Assembly: GCA_028335865.1 (NCBI GenBank)
Contig: JAOKTA010000002.1
Coordinates: 927 to 64,926 of the forward strand
DNA length: 64,000 nucleotides
Direction of reading: 5' to 3'
Origin: Nitrosopumilus sp.
GTDB lineage: Archaea; Thermoproteota; Nitrososphaeria; Nitrososphaerales; Nitrosopumilaceae
Position numbers and translations under genes: made by a program
The notes under the pieces: generated by a model
Told to the model about the DNA's origin: nothing
The model's database searches: none
What the model saw: only the letters and a program-made list of their open reading frames with translations
Shown: in pieces, positions 36,569 to 47,109 of the stretch
Layout: each line of letters opens with the position of its first letter
How positions within the stretch are numbered: the stretch's first letter is position 1

Positions 36569-37516
36569 TTATTTTGCTTCGTAGATTTTGATTGCCTGTG
36601 GAGGACAAACATTCTCACATGCAAGGCAGAAAATACAATCAGGTTCTTTTGACATTAACGGTTTTTGTTCTGAAGCGGGATTTCCAGGAGTGTCAAACCA
36701 CTCATAGACTCCAACAGGACAAGCCTCAAGACACCCACCATCAGCTATACAAATATCATAATCTACTGAAACAAATTCTCCCCAGACGCCCATGATACCA
36801 TTACTGGTACCTTTACGACCCCAAGTTTTGATAGTATGTTCAGGAGCTTCGTATACAGCAGAAGGTTTAATTTTTGATTTGTAATCAACATCTATTGGTC
36901 CAGGTTTTGCTCCATCTGGAATCTCAATTGAACCGTCATCTTCTTCTTCCTCATCATCAGTAGCTTCGACAGGTTTTGGTTTAGCACCAAGAACAATTTT
37001 AGCCAAAGGTGTTAATTCTTCAAGTCTTTGAATAGCAGCAAGTTCAGGAATCTTTTCAGATTTTGCAAGATGTGAAATCATCTTATCGGCCAAAATAGTA
37101 TTACGTAAAATAGTATCAATTACCATTTTTGCAAAATGGTCTGCTTTCTTTCTATAGTCTTTAACCCAATTAGGATCACCGAATTTCTCAATTGGGAATA
37201 CTTGATAAATAATATCAACAACTTCGCCAGTTACAATTTCTACAGTTACTGACAAATTAACTTCCTCGTATCCTTTTGCATCAGGATCATCCATGTTTTG
37301 TTCTTTCCAACGGTAGGTAGCGTAAATTCTATCAGCATACATGTCCATTTCAAATGCTTTTTTCAAACCATCATGGATTGATTTTAGTTCTACTGGATCT
37401 TCAAGTTTAATCGGTAATCGATATAATCCAAGTTTAAAACCATGTAAAGGATAAACGCCACGTTTTGCAGTTGAGGCCTCCATAGACCACACGCGATCTT
37501 TTAAAAGTAATGACAT
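36569..37516 (-). CDS. multidomain protein with C-terminal dicluster ferredoxin
   Basis: CIADGGCLEACP and CIFCLACENVCP. Confidence 0.88.
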   Translation of the reverse strand: MSLLLKDRVWSMEASTAKRGVYPLHGFKLGLYRLPIKLEDPVELKSIHDGLKKAFEMDMYADRIYATYRWKEQNMDDPDAKGYEEVNLSVTVEIVTGEVVDIIYQVFPIEKFGDPNWVKDYRKKADHFAKMVIDTILRNTILADKMISHLAKSEKIPELAAIQRLEELTPLAKIVLGAKPKPVEATDDEEEEDDGSIEIPDGAKPGPIDVDYKSKIKPSAVYEAPEHTIKTWGRKGTSNGIMGVWGEFVSVDYDICIADGGCLEACPVGVYEWFDTPGNPASEQKPLMSKEPDCIFCLACENVCPPQAIKIYEAK

Positions 37517-37552
37517 CTGTTTTTTGTAATTAGAATTTAGTTAAAAAGGTTA

Positions 37553-37864
37553 TTAGTCTTCATCTTGAGGACAAGTAAGTTCTCGTAGTTCAGTGTATTT
37601 CTTATCCATAGCATTTGCATGAATTAAAATGGCAGGTAAGTCATAGGCATCTTTAGAAAAATACCAACGAATTGGAACCCAATGTCCAATTCCATCCATG
37701 TCATGAATCATACCCTTATCAGATTTAACCTGTAATTTTTCATCAACAGATGTTTCCTTAATTTCAAGTCCACGCTTAGTTTTATCCTCAAGTATTAGAT
37801 CAGTGCCAGAATCTTTGATAAAATAGAAAGAGCCTTTCTCAAGAATTGGAAGGTCTAAAAGCAA
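37553..37864 (-). CDS. hypothetical protein downstream of rhodanese
   Basis: 103 aa ORF 1 bp after sulfurtransferase stop. Confidence 0.7.
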   Translation of the reverse strand: MLLDLPILEKGSFYFIKDSGTDLILEDKTKRGLEIKETSVDEKLQVKSDKGMIHDMDGIGHWVPIRWYFSKDAYDLPAILIHANAMDKKYTELRELTCPQDED

Positions 37865-37865
37865 T

Positions 37866-38711
37866 TTATTTTTCCACAGGGTTTCCGATCATGTTACCCC
37901 ATTCAGTCCAGGAACCATCATAGTTTCTAACCTTTGGATATCCAAGTAGGTATTTCAAAACAAACCAGCTGTGGGATGAACGCTCACCAATTCTACAATA
38001 GCAAATTACATCCTTATCTGGAGTTACACCTTTTGGCACATAATTTTGTTTTAATTCTTCAACGCCTTTGAATGTGCCATCAGCATCATTAATTGCAGTT
38101 GCCCATGGGATATTATTCGCATCAGGAATATGTCCACCTCTTTGTGCATGTTCCATCGGATATTCCGGAGGAGCTGTAATTGTACCAGAAAATTCTGCAG
38201 GAGATCTTACATCAACCATAACAGTGTCCTCTTTTCCAATTCCTCTACTTACATCAGATAGATATGCACGTAAGCCCTCATCAGGTGGTTGTGCAATGTA
38301 TTGTGTTGATGAAATTTGCGGTTCATCAATTGTGTAATCACGATTTTCTAATTCCCATTTTTTTCTTCCACCGTCCATAATTTTTAAATTCTCGTGGCCA
38401 TAAATTTTAAAAACCCAGAAAACAAAAGCTGCAAACCAGTTATTGAAATCGCCATAAAGAATAACTTCAGTATCAGAAGTGATTCCATTTTTAGACATTA
38501 ATGCCTCAAATTCTTTCTTACTAATTATATCTCGAGTTACAGGATCATTGATATCGCGTTTCCACCAAATCAAACTTGCACCATTGATGTGACCTTTTTG
38601 ATAGCCATTAACAGGATCATAATCAACTTCAACTAATTTTCTATTTGAATTAGGAGGATTTTTAGATAGCCATTCAGTATTGACTAAAACTTCAGGATGT
38701 GCGTAACTCAT
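37866..38711 (-). CDS. thiosulfate sulfurtransferase (two-domain rhodanese)
   Basis: GHI.GA, DVRS..EF.G, YCRIGERSS, YDGSWTEWG. Confidence 0.95.
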   Translation of the reverse strand: MSYAHPEVLVNTEWLSKNPPNSNRKLVEVDYDPVNGYQKGHINGASLIWWKRDINDPVTRDIISKKEFEALMSKNGITSDTEVILYGDFNNWFAAFVFWVFKIYGHENLKIMDGGRKKWELENRDYTIDEPQISSTQYIAQPPDEGLRAYLSDVSRGIGKEDTVMVDVRSPAEFSGTITAPPEYPMEHAQRGGHIPDANNIPWATAINDADGTFKGVEELKQNYVPKGVTPDKDVICYCRIGERSSHSWFVLKYLLGYPKVRNYDGSWTEWGNMIGNPVEK

Positions 38712-38801
38712 GATATAATGACTGTCCGTTCATACTTATTTGTTTTTACAAATGAGCCTAAAAATATCATTTTTATGTAAACATAATTCAAAGAAGCATA
38801 C

Positions 38802-39617
38802 TTGAAACTAGAAAATGTTGCTATTGTAAGTAAAGTTGGAAATAAAGATTCAGAAAGTGCAGCAAGAGATGTTGCAAAAAAATTACTAGCAACAAAAGCA
38901 ACAGTATACACAATTTCACCAGTTAATGTAGAAGGTGCAAAACAAATGGAAACACTTGAAGAGATAAAAAATGTACATCTAGATTTAGTAATTACATTAG
39001 GAGGAGATGGAACAACGCTCAGAGTTTTCAGAAATTTAGAAAATGAAACACCAATTTTAACAATTAATGTTGGAGGTAATAGAGGTATTTTAGCAGAAAT
39101 TACGATTGAAGAAATTGATGAAGCAATAAAAGATATTTTAGAAAATAAGTTTTTTCTAGATAAAAGAACTAGAGTAACAGCATCATGTGGAGGAAAAGAA
39201 TTTCCGCCGGCATTAAATGAAATTTATATCAGTAGGGCAAACTTAACTAAAACTGCAGAAATTGAAATTAAATTTCAAAATGATACAGTAAAACAAAAAA
39301 TGGATGGAGTGATCATTGCAACACCAAGTGGGTCAACAGGTCATTCATTTTCATTAGGAGGTCCAATATTACACGAAAGTTTGGATGTTTTAATTATCAC
39401 ACCAGTTGCACCGGTTTACAGATTACCATCATTGGTGGTTCCAGATGAAAAAATTGAAGTCATCTCTTCTCAAGATTGCAACATAGCAATAGATGCACAA
39501 GTCGTAAAATCTGCAGGATATGAAGAATCAATAATTATTAAAAAATACAAAAGTCCAGCAGTCTTCATTAGATTGAAAAAGAGAGGATTAAGACAAATGA
39601 GCAAACTTGGATTTTAG
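38802..39617 (+). CDS. nadK: NAD kinase
   Basis: GGDGT, ALNE, DG...ATPSGSTG.S.SLGGP. Confidence 0.92.
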   Translation: MKLENVAIVSKVGNKDSESAARDVAKKLLATKATVYTISPVNVEGAKQMETLEEIKNVHLDLVITLGGDGTTLRVFRNLENETPILTINVGGNRGILAEITIEEIDEAIKDILENKFFLDKRTRVTASCGGKEFPPALNEIYISRANLTKTAEIEIKFQNDTVKQKMDGVIIATPSGSTGHSFSLGGPILHESLDVLIITPVAPVYRLPSLVVPDEKIEVISSQDCNIAIDAQVVKSAGYEESIIIKKYKSPAVFIRLKKRGLRQMSKLGF

Positions 39618-40086
39618 AATTTTAGACGCTAGTGCATTTTATGCAGGAGTGCCGTTTAGATCATCTGAAGAATGCTACACAACACCTCTAGTTTATGATG
39701 AAATACAGCACATTAAGAAAAATCATGACGCACTTGGAACATTACTTGAAACAAACAGGCTGAAAATTAGAGAACCAGATGAGCAACATACACAAAATGC
39801 AATTAAATCAGCAAAAGAAACAGGAGATTTTCCACAATTATCAAAACAAGATATTTCAATTATTGCATTAGGGATAGAAACAAAAGGTCAAATCATCACA
39901 GATGATTTTGCAATTTCCAATGTTGCCAAAAACATAGGATTGATCATTGTGCCAATCATGACAAAAGGAATTAAGGACGTAGGAAAATGGATCCACTACT
40001 GTCCAGGATGCAAAGCAAGTTATCAAGGTGGAAAAGAATGCTCTGTTTGTGGAACTGCATTGAAAAGAAAACTAATCAAAAAATAA
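39607..40086 (+). CDS. nob1: Nob1-like PIN endonuclease with Zn ribbon
   Basis: LDASAF, LS..D, TDDFAI.NVA, CPGC/CSVCG. Confidence 0.88.
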   Translation: MDFRILDASAFYAGVPFRSSEECYTTPLVYDEIQHIKKNHDALGTLLETNRLKIREPDEQHTQNAIKSAKETGDFPQLSKQDISIIALGIETKGQIITDDFAISNVAKNIGLIIVPIMTKGIKDVGKWIHYCPGCKASYQGGKECSVCGTALKRKLIKK

Positions 40087-40097
40087 TTATAAAAAAA

Positions 40098-40916
40098 TTA
40101 TTGTGGTGAGATATAAAATACAATACTAACATTAGTTGTGATCTCTTCATCACCAGACATAATTGGTGCAGACTTCATATATGATTCTGCAAATCCATCA
40201 AAAGATGCACGCATTGGACTGTCATAGTAAGGCATCACATTATCATGTATCACTACAGATTTTACTCCAACAATTTTTTGTTTTAATGGTACAAGTGCTT
40301 TTTCAGCTTTTTGAGTTGCATCGTTTATTGCATTAGCAATCAAGTCATCACCAATTGTTTGTAATTTATCATCAGATAATTGAAAAGAAACATCATTAAC
40401 GCGATTAGCTCCAGAAGAAACAGCTACATCAATAATATCACCAGCAGAATCAATTTTTTCCGTTTGAATTGACAAAATATTTGAAACTCGATATCCATTT
40501 ACAATTTGTTGCCAATTTCCATTGGAATCTTCTATGTTATCGTATAATGGATAAATCGAAAAATTTGATGTTTGTATATCGTCTTTAGAAATTCCAGAAT
40601 CAGATAGGGAAGAGATTACAGAATTTAATGAATTGGAGTTTTCAGATAGGGATTCATTAGCAGTTTTGGCTACAGATTCAACTCCCAGTACAATAATCAA
40701 AGTATCAGGGCTTGATGAGGCTGTAGCAGTACCTGAAACAGAGATGGTTTGTTCAGAAGGATCATATTTTTTCAGCCATTCATAAATTAATTCTTCAGGA
40801 ATATCATCTTCATTAATTTGAGATTCAACCTGATTATCACTTTGAGTTAAAGTTACAGCAAAGGCTAAAACAAATACAACTCCAACTATTACTGCAATAT
40901 TTACACGATTATCCAT
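40098..40916 (-). CDS. SIMPL (DUF541) domain protein
   Basis: TISVSG.A....PD, DIQTSNFSIYP, GAN.V..V.F. Confidence 0.9.
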   Translation of the reverse strand: MDNRVNIAVIVGVVFVLAFAVTLTQSDNQVESQINEDDIPEELIYEWLKKYDPSEQTISVSGTATASSSPDTLIIVLGVESVAKTANESLSENSNSLNSVISSLSDSGISKDDIQTSNFSIYPLYDNIEDSNGNWQQIVNGYRVSNILSIQTEKIDSAGDIIDVAVSSGANRVNDVSFQLSDDKLQTIGDDLIANAINDATQKAEKALVPLKQKIVGVKSVVIHDNVMPYYDSPMRASFDGFAESYMKSAPIMSGDEEITTNVSIVFYISPQ

Positions 40917-40968
40917 AAATTTGGTTAAAAGAGGGATACTATAAAAATTCTTGAAATGGTAGTGATAG

Positions 40969-41658
40969 TTATGTTAGTGTCTTTTGATTACTTTCTTTCT
41001 GAAGTTTATTTTTAGTAGTTAACATATTTTTAATTTTTTTTGCACGAGATTCACCCAACCCTTCAACTTTAGATAATTCAGAAGTTGTTGCTGAAAAAAC
41101 TTTCAATGGAGTACCAAATTTTTCAAGCATCCTAACTGCAAATTTTTCACCGATTCCAGGCAAACTACAAAGTGTAGATAATTGTTGAGTTTCCAAATTA
41201 GATGATTTTTTAATTTTCTTCAAATAAGGTCCTTTAGGACCATCTTTTTTAGAACAGAGTGCAACCAATAATTTAGCAGTATGAGATGCACTAGGAGTAG
41301 GAATTATAGGAATTTTAAATTCAAGTGTAACTCTAGAGAGAGCCCCATAGAAAACTAGAGGGTTATCAGTAATTTCTTCAATTTCATCAACGTTACCTTC
41401 AACCAAAACAATAGGGTGTTCAAAATTTTCTTTGAGTCTAGCACATTGATCATAAAGTCGTCCATCAAAAACAGAGGCCATCAAATCCTTGATACTTTTT
41501 CTTTCAACAATAGTTTCAGGTGCAACAATATAATCACCGATAGGAAGTGTTTTCATTTCAACTCCCATTCCAATAGATTTGAGTAAATCAGGAATTCCAC
41601 TTTTTCGTTCTCGTTCATCTACAATAATTCGAAGATGATCTAATTTCACAAATACCAT
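40969..41658 (-). CDS. xpf: short-form XPF/ERCC4 endonuclease
   Basis: VDERE, GDY, ERKS..D, (HhH)2, C-terminal PIP-like QKTL. Confidence 0.92.
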   Translation of the reverse strand: MVFVKLDHLRIIVDERERKSGIPDLLKSIGMGVEMKTLPIGDYIVAPETIVERKSIKDLMASVFDGRLYDQCARLKENFEHPIVLVEGNVDEIEEITDNPLVFYGALSRVTLEFKIPIIPTPSASHTAKLLVALCSKKDGPKGPYLKKIKKSSNLETQQLSTLCSLPGIGEKFAVRMLEKFGTPLKVFSATTSELSKVEGLGESRAKKIKNMLTTKNKLQKESNQKTLT

Positions 41659-41702
41659 TTGTAATTAATTACTAATATCTTATTTGAAAGAATCCAGAGA
41701 AA

Positions 41703-42101
41703 TTATTTTCTAGGATTATCAGGCGTAGTGGTTGTAGGTGGTGGAGGCGTAGCTCCACTTTTCATCATTTCAGTAATTTTTGCTTCTTGTTCTTTGAGAG
41801 ATTCCTTTACACGAGTTTCTTGTTTCTCAAGAACAGTTGATCTAGTTTTAGCCAATTCAACTTTTTCCTCCAATTCATCAACTAGTGTTTTTTTATTAGA
41901 TTTAATTAAAACAGTTCCAGCTTGTTTAAACACAGAATCATCATCAGCAACTTTCTTTAGTTCTTCAAGTGCTTTTTCAGTTTCTGCTTTTTCCATTTCA
42001 AGGTGTTGTCTTTGAGTAACAATAGACTGTAAATTTTGTTGAGATTGTTGTAATTTCATAATTTGTTCTTGGAGCCATGGTGGCATTTGTGGAGAAGACA
42101 T
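41703..42101 (-). CDS. pfdB: prefoldin beta subunit
   Basis: Coiled coils flanking VFKQAGTVLIK hairpin; exosome superoperon context. Confidence 0.92.
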   Translation of the reverse strand: MSSPQMPPWLQEQIMKLQQSQQNLQSIVTQRQHLEMEKAETEKALEELKKVADDDSVFKQAGTVLIKSNKKTLVDELEEKVELAKTRSTVLEKQETRVKESLKEQEAKITEMMKSGATPPPPTTTTPDNPRK

Positions 42102-42124
42102 GTCTATTTACAAATTTAATCGGA

Positions 42125-42370
42125 TTATATCTTTACCGATTGAATGGAATCATAACTGGCTTGAATGAGTCGAAGAGTAGAATTCAAATTTGCTCTAAGA
42201 TGGGTAATTTGATCAGTTTCAACAGAAATCACTAATTTCTGATTTAATTTTATTTTGGTTTTAACTGGATTTTCTGGATAAAACTCGTTATCAGCATTTA
42301 CAGAATCATAAATTGCAGTTGTTTTATCTTTAGCATCTACAGTGATTTTTGCACTATAGTTTAATGTCAT
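42125..42370 (-). CDS. pcc1: KEOPS subunit Pcc1
   Basis: LRANLNSTLRLI motif; position after L37ae. Confidence 0.85.
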   Translation of the reverse strand: MTLNYSAKITVDAKDKTTAIYDSVNADNEFYPENPVKTKIKLNQKLVISVETDQITHLRANLNSTLRLIQASYDSIQSVKI

Positions 42371-42566
42371 ATGCAGTTCCAGCTACTTTATAATTACATT
42401 TTTTACAAGACCAGATTCCTACAGCATCTCTGCCAAATGTTTGGGAACCACATTCTGGACAATTTCTTTTTTGTTTTAATGTAAAGTGAACTTTTGTGTA
42501 TTGTTTTCTAAGTTTAATTCCATAACGAGCACCTAAACCCTTTAGAGATTTCTTTGCTTTAGCCAT
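42354..42566 (-). CDS. rpl37ae: 50S ribosomal protein L37ae (eL43)
   Basis: GARYG..LRK, CPEC, GIWSCKKC, AG.AY. Confidence 0.95.
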   Translation of the reverse strand: MAKAKKSLKGLGARYGIKLRKQYTKVHFTLKQKRNCPECGSQTFGRDAVGIWSCKKCNYKVAGTAYDIKL

Positions 42567-42567
42567 T

Positions 42568-43386
42568 TTATTGACTCTCCTGTTGAGCTAATTTTAATTG
42601 TTCTCTAATCTTTGCACCAACTTTAATAGATAAATCACCACATTCATTAATTTCATCTTGAGTAAATCCATCACTACCACCTTTTTGTAATGCAACAATA
42701 TGTCCATCAGAATCAGTAGTTATTGTAACTCTACAATCCATACTGGCCCATTCATCACCGTTAGGATCAACTACAATATGATTTCCAATTTTTCCCATTG
42801 TTACAGATACAGGAATTGTGCTTGTAGGTAGTTGTTTTTCTCCACCTTCGACAACTGTAGGTTGGTCATCAACCATCTCCCATGTTGGAGTTTTTGATGT
42901 AAGCAAAGCAGCAGTTGCAGCATAAGAGCATGCATCAAAGTAATTTCCATCATAATCAATTGCCACAACATCAGCAAATACACCAACTACGGATTTGTCT
43001 TTTTCAATTACTAACTGAGAAACATCAACCATATGACTTTCCCTAATTCCTCTATCAACAACTCTTGCCAATTCAATTACATCATCTCGTGGTGGTCCAG
43101 TTTCAACAGTAGGATGTGAAAGTGGCAATAGTTCAGCAGTGCACATAAACATGCCTTTGTCACCCACATCTGGGAAAGGTCTGTCCGGTTGGATTTTTAC
43201 TCCGCATAAAACGTCGGTATCACCAAGGTGAACTCTTGCAGAACCGTTTGCTTTAGGAATTGCGTTAATTTCAATTTTGATTTCTCTTGGCTCATCTAAT
43301 GCTCTTCCGTCAAGTCTTTTTCCTTGTTCTAATAATTCAAGAATTTGTGCTTTCTTTAATTCATCAATAACGGAAACTGTAGCCAT
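42568..43386 (-). CDS. rrp42: exosome subunit Rrp42
   Basis: RLDGR, ANGSA.V.LG.T, ELARVVDRGIRES. Confidence 0.95.
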   Translation of the reverse strand: MATVSVIDELKKAQILELLEQGKRLDGRALDEPREIKIEINAIPKANGSARVHLGDTDVLCGVKIQPDRPFPDVGDKGMFMCTAELLPLSHPTVETGPPRDDVIELARVVDRGIRESHMVDVSQLVIEKDKSVVGVFADVVAIDYDGNYFDACSYAATAALLTSKTPTWEMVDDQPTVVEGGEKQLPTSTIPVSVTMGKIGNHIVVDPNGDEWASMDCRVTITTDSDGHIVALQKGGSDGFTQDEINECGDLSIKVGAKIREQLKLAQQESQ

Positions 43387-43388
43387 AT

Positions 43389-44123
43389 CTAATTGCTCCT
43401 ATTTCCAAAATATTTGTCATGTAGCGCTTTCTTTTGAAGTTCGTAAACAACTTCGCATCCTTTGACTCCAACATCTACACATTTTTTGTATTCTTCAGGA
43501 GTTAAAACACCATCTAATTGTAATAATGTAATTTTCTTAAGACTTGGCATATATCCAATTGGCATGTCGGCTTGACCTGCTTGGTCTTCTTCATTGTTAA
43601 CATCAAGAACAATAGTATCTGCAACTTTACCTGAAGCAATTGCTGCAACCATGTCTCTCATAGGAATACCAGCATCAGCTAATGCAACAGATGCTGCAGT
43701 AAGGGCAGCACATCTAGTTCCACCATCAGCTTGTAAAACTTCAATAAATACATCAACTGCAGTTCTTGGGAATTTCTCCAACATTACTGCAGGTTCTAGT
43801 GCTTCTTTGATTACTTTGGAAATTTCAATTTCTCTTCTTGAAGGTGCCGGTCTTTTTCTTTCACCAACAGAAAATGGTTCCATGTGATATCTAACTCTTA
43901 AAATTCCAGTATCAGTATTTGACATGTGTTTTGGGTGAACATCTCTTGGTCCAAAGACACCAACTAAGATTTTGTTATCGCCAAATTCAATATATGCAGA
44001 ACCATCAGCGTTTTTTAATCCGCCAGCTTTAATCACAATTTTTCGGGGTTCATCTATTTTACGTCCGTCACAGCGAATGCCGTTCTCGTCCAATAGGACC
44101 ATGGTTGCATCTCTTCCACCCAT
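43389..44123 (-). CDS. rrp41: exosome subunit Rrp41
   Basis: ADGSAY, RREIEISKVI, QADGGTR, LQLDG. Confidence 0.96.
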   Translation of the reverse strand: MGGRDATMVLLDENGIRCDGRKIDEPRKIVIKAGGLKNADGSAYIEFGDNKILVGVFGPRDVHPKHMSNTDTGILRVRYHMEPFSVGERKRPAPSRREIEISKVIKEALEPAVMLEKFPRTAVDVFIEVLQADGGTRCAALTAASVALADAGIPMRDMVAAIASGKVADTIVLDVNNEEDQAGQADMPIGYMPSLKKITLLQLDGVLTPEEYKKCVDVGVKGCEVVYELQKKALHDKYFGNRSN

Positions 44124-44803
44124 TATGATTCATCCTTTTCATTTAACATATCTTGAATTAAATCAGTAAGGTTAGCAATATGTGCTTTTTCATTAACCAT
44201 CTCAATTGCTTTTTTAGCTTTTGATAACCCTTCAGCAGATTCACATGCAACTACGACCCAGCCATTTTGACCAATTGTTACTGCTGCGTTTGTGCCATTT
44301 TCAATCATCTGAATCATGCTACCCTTCTTTCCAATTAATCTTGGAACTTTACTTGTTGAGATTTGTACTAATACACCGTCATCAATTTTACCTAAGTCCC
44401 TATCAGAGATGGTTATGAGAGGATCTCTGGTTCTGTCAAAATTAGCAATTCTAGCAGCTACAAGATCTCCTGTTTTGAGTTTACTTGAAAGTTCATCAGA
44501 ATGAGTAGAGAAATCACGTCCAAATACATCCATTGCAGGTAAAAATCCAATATAACATGAATTGATATCTAATTCCCAAGACAATGAAGTATGAGAAACT
44601 ACTTTACCAATAACAAGATCATCGATTTTTGGAAGGTATTTTCCAGTTAAAGGAATGACTTTAACAGAATCATCATAAATTTCAGAAATACCAACAACTG
44701 TAGAAATTATATCATTTCCTTCTAGTATGACGTTTTGTTCAGGTCTGAAAGGTCCACTAGTAACAACATCGCCAGGAATAACATATTTTCTCTTGTCTGC
44801 CAT
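44123..44803 (-). CDS. rrp4: exosome subunit Rrp4
   Basis: VIPGD, S1 and KH (VPRLIGKKGSM, GQNG) domains. Confidence 0.95.
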   Translation of the reverse strand: MADKRKYVIPGDVVTSGPFRPEQNVILEGNDIISTVVGISEIYDDSVKVIPLTGKYLPKIDDLVIGKVVSHTSLSWELDINSCYIGFLPAMDVFGRDFSTHSDELSSKLKTGDLVAARIANFDRTRDPLITISDRDLGKIDDGVLVQISTSKVPRLIGKKGSMIQMIENGTNAAVTIGQNGWVVVACESAEGLSKAKKAIEMVNEKAHIANLTDLIQDMLNEKDES

Positions 44804-45489
44804 TATTTCATTACCTCAACAGATGCAGAACCCTTTGTAATAGAACCCAATTTATCAATCACGTTTGGTCTGGCTGCTGCCGGTATTTCAAGTATTGCTT
44901 TTAATGAGCCATTATTTTGCCATTCTTCTTTTTTTAGAGATCCAACAGATTTCAAAACGGAATAAGATTGCGAAGCATATTGTGCAGGTATTATAATTTC
45001 CAATTGTAGATTTTCAGATTTTAAAGCAATGATTGAACGTAGTTTATCCACAATTTCAGCTACTTGTTCTTCTACGCCTTTCTGAGGATCGATGGTGACA
45101 CGACCATCTTTGAGTGCTAATTCAATTCGTAATGGAGGATGGGGCAAATGAGTTCTAGGATCAACATATGTTTTAGCGATAAATTCAACAATTTGTTTTC
45201 TTTTTTGATCAACCATTTTTCGTCTTTGATCGGTTGTAAGATTCAGATCGCCTTTCTCAAACATTATTTGAGCAATTTCAGTTTTATCTTCAGTTTTAAA
45301 AGCTGCAAGTAATTTTTCAGTAGAGGGCTTAGTACCTTTTCCATAATCAGTGTAAATTTCATCAGATATCAAAACTAATGAAATATCTTTTTTCTTACCC
45401 AGTTTATACTCCAAAGCAGGATCAGGCTTTACTAAAATCTCAAATTTTTCACCTTCAAAAGAATATCTAACTAAGGTAGTATCAGCCAT
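44803..45489 (-). CDS. ribosome maturation protein SBDS/SDO1
   Basis: FEILV.P, LTTDQRR, DPRT..PHPP.RIE. Confidence 0.95.
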   Translation of the reverse strand: MADTTLVRYSFEGEKFEILVKPDPALEYKLGKKKDISLVLISDEIYTDYGKGTKPSTEKLLAAFKTEDKTEIAQIMFEKGDLNLTTDQRRKMVDQKRKQIVEFIAKTYVDPRTHLPHPPLRIELALKDGRVTIDPQKGVEEQVAEIVDKLRSIIALKSENLQLEIIIPAQYASQSYSVLKSVGSLKKEEWQNNGSLKAILEIPAAARPNVIDKLGSITKGSASVEVMK

Positions 45490-45576
45490 TTCTAAATTAT
45501 ATATTTTAATTTACTATTTATCTATACGTAAAACTAGCTAGATTTTTATGTGCACTTTGCTAATTTTTAACAAGAT

Positions 45577-46215
45577 TTGTCATCATTAGACGTAATTACA
45601 AAAGATTCTGAAAAAATATCTATAAAGCTGAAAGGGGTTCCGCTACAATATGCAAATGCACTTAGACGTGTATGCTTAAACGGAGTTCCAGTTTTTGCAG
45701 TAGATACAGTAGACATTATTTCAAACACATCAGTATTACCAGATGAAGGTTTAGCACACAGATTAGGCTTAATTCCATTAAAAACAGATTTGAAAAGATT
45801 CAATGAACCGTCAAAATGCGACTGTCAAACAGAATCAGGTTGTTCAAACTGTAAAGTTTTACTAGTTTTAGACTCAGGAGTAGCAGAAGAAACTAGAACT
45901 GTATTATCTGGTGAATTATCATCTGAAGATGATACAGTAAAACCATCTGCAGATAAAATTCCAATCATACAATTGGCCCCAGGTCAAGAAATCAAAATTG
46001 AATGCTATGCAAGATTGGGAAGGGGAACAGAACATGCAAAATGGAACTCAGCAAACATAGCAACACTTGTAGATTCAGATAAAGAAAATGAGAAAATCCT
46101 AACAGTAGAGTCCACAGGAGCATTAACACCAGAACAGATTATTCTTGCAGGTGTAGAAGAAGTATCTAACAAAATTGTTGAATTCAAAGACATGATCAAC
46201 AAAATTGAACAATAG
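45577..46215 (+). CDS. rpoD: RNA polymerase subunit D (Rpo3)
   Basis: ANALRR, N.SVL.DE.LAHRLGLIP, G.G.EHAKW. Confidence 0.95.
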   Translation: MSSLDVITKDSEKISIKLKGVPLQYANALRRVCLNGVPVFAVDTVDIISNTSVLPDEGLAHRLGLIPLKTDLKRFNEPSKCDCQTESGCSNCKVLLVLDSGVAEETRTVLSGELSSEDDTVKPSADKIPIIQLAPGQEIKIECYARLGRGTEHAKWNSANIATLVDSDKENEKILTVESTGALTPEQIILAGVEEVSNKIVEFKDMINKIEQ

Positions 46216-46259
46216 TAGAACATAGACATTATATTTGGGTTTTGAAGCGTATTATTCAC

Positions 46260-46607
46260 ATGACAAATCAAGTTGTTATTCGAATGGCAAGCGATCTTAG
46301 AAAAGCATCAGTTGCAAACGATGCCCCAATTTGGCGTAAATTAGCAGAATATGCATTAAAACCATCAATAGCAAGAAGAGACATCAATGTAAATAGAATC
46401 AATGATTTAACTAAAGAGAACGACACAGTAGTATTTCCAGGTAAAGTTTTAGGAACAGGAGCAATATTACATAAAATTACATTATGTACATTCTCAATTT
46501 CAAACGCTGCAGCAGCTAAAGTATTAGCAAGTGGTGGAAAAATAATTTCATATTCAGATTTAATCAAACAAAACCCTACAGGTAAAGGAGTCGTACTACT
46601 TGGCTAA
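46260..46607 (+). CDS. rpl18e: 50S ribosomal protein L18e
   Basis: APIW, N..RI, PGKVLG.G, NP.GKGV. Confidence 0.93.
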   Translation: MTNQVVIRMASDLRKASVANDAPIWRKLAEYALKPSIARRDINVNRINDLTKENDTVVFPGKVLGTGAILHKITLCTFSISNAAAAKVLASGGKIISYSDLIKQNPTGKGVVLLG

Positions 46608-47109
46608 TGGAAGAATTAACAAACCTGCTGGAAGAAATTCAAATACTTCTAAGCAAGAAATTGTTATCAGAGTAGATAGACCAGTTGTTGTCGATGCAAC
46701 AAATCACATTGCAGGCAGATTAGCATCAAATGTTGCAAAATTACTATTACAAGGACAAAGAGTTACAGTTGTTAATTGTGAAAAAATTATGATGAGTGGA
46801 AAAAGAGAGACACAAATTAGAGAATATAGAGAATTTTTAGAAATTAACAGTATCATCAACTATAAACACGGACCAGTCCACTATAGAAGACCAGATACAA
46901 TGATGGCAAAAATGATTCGTCAAATGTTACCATTTGATAGAAAACCATCAGGCAAACTAGCATTTGCAAGACTTCGAACATATATCGGAGCACCAAACGA
47001 CACAAAACCAATTGAAAAAATTCAATTTGAAAAAGCATTAATCACAAGAGCGGCATCTAATTATACACCATTAGCAGAGATATGTAGAGTAATAGGGTGG
47101 ACTGAATGA
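46600..47109 (+). CDS. rpl13: 50S ribosomal protein L13
   Basis: VVDA...IAGRLAS.VAK.LL.G, GP.H.RRPD. Confidence 0.95.
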   Translation: MANGRINKPAGRNSNTSKQEIVIRVDRPVVVDATNHIAGRLASNVAKLLLQGQRVTVVNCEKIMMSGKRETQIREYREFLEINSIINYKHGPVHYRRPDTMMAKMIRQMLPFDRKPSGKLAFARLRTYIGAPNDTKPIEKIQFEKALITRAASNYTPLAEICRVIGWTE

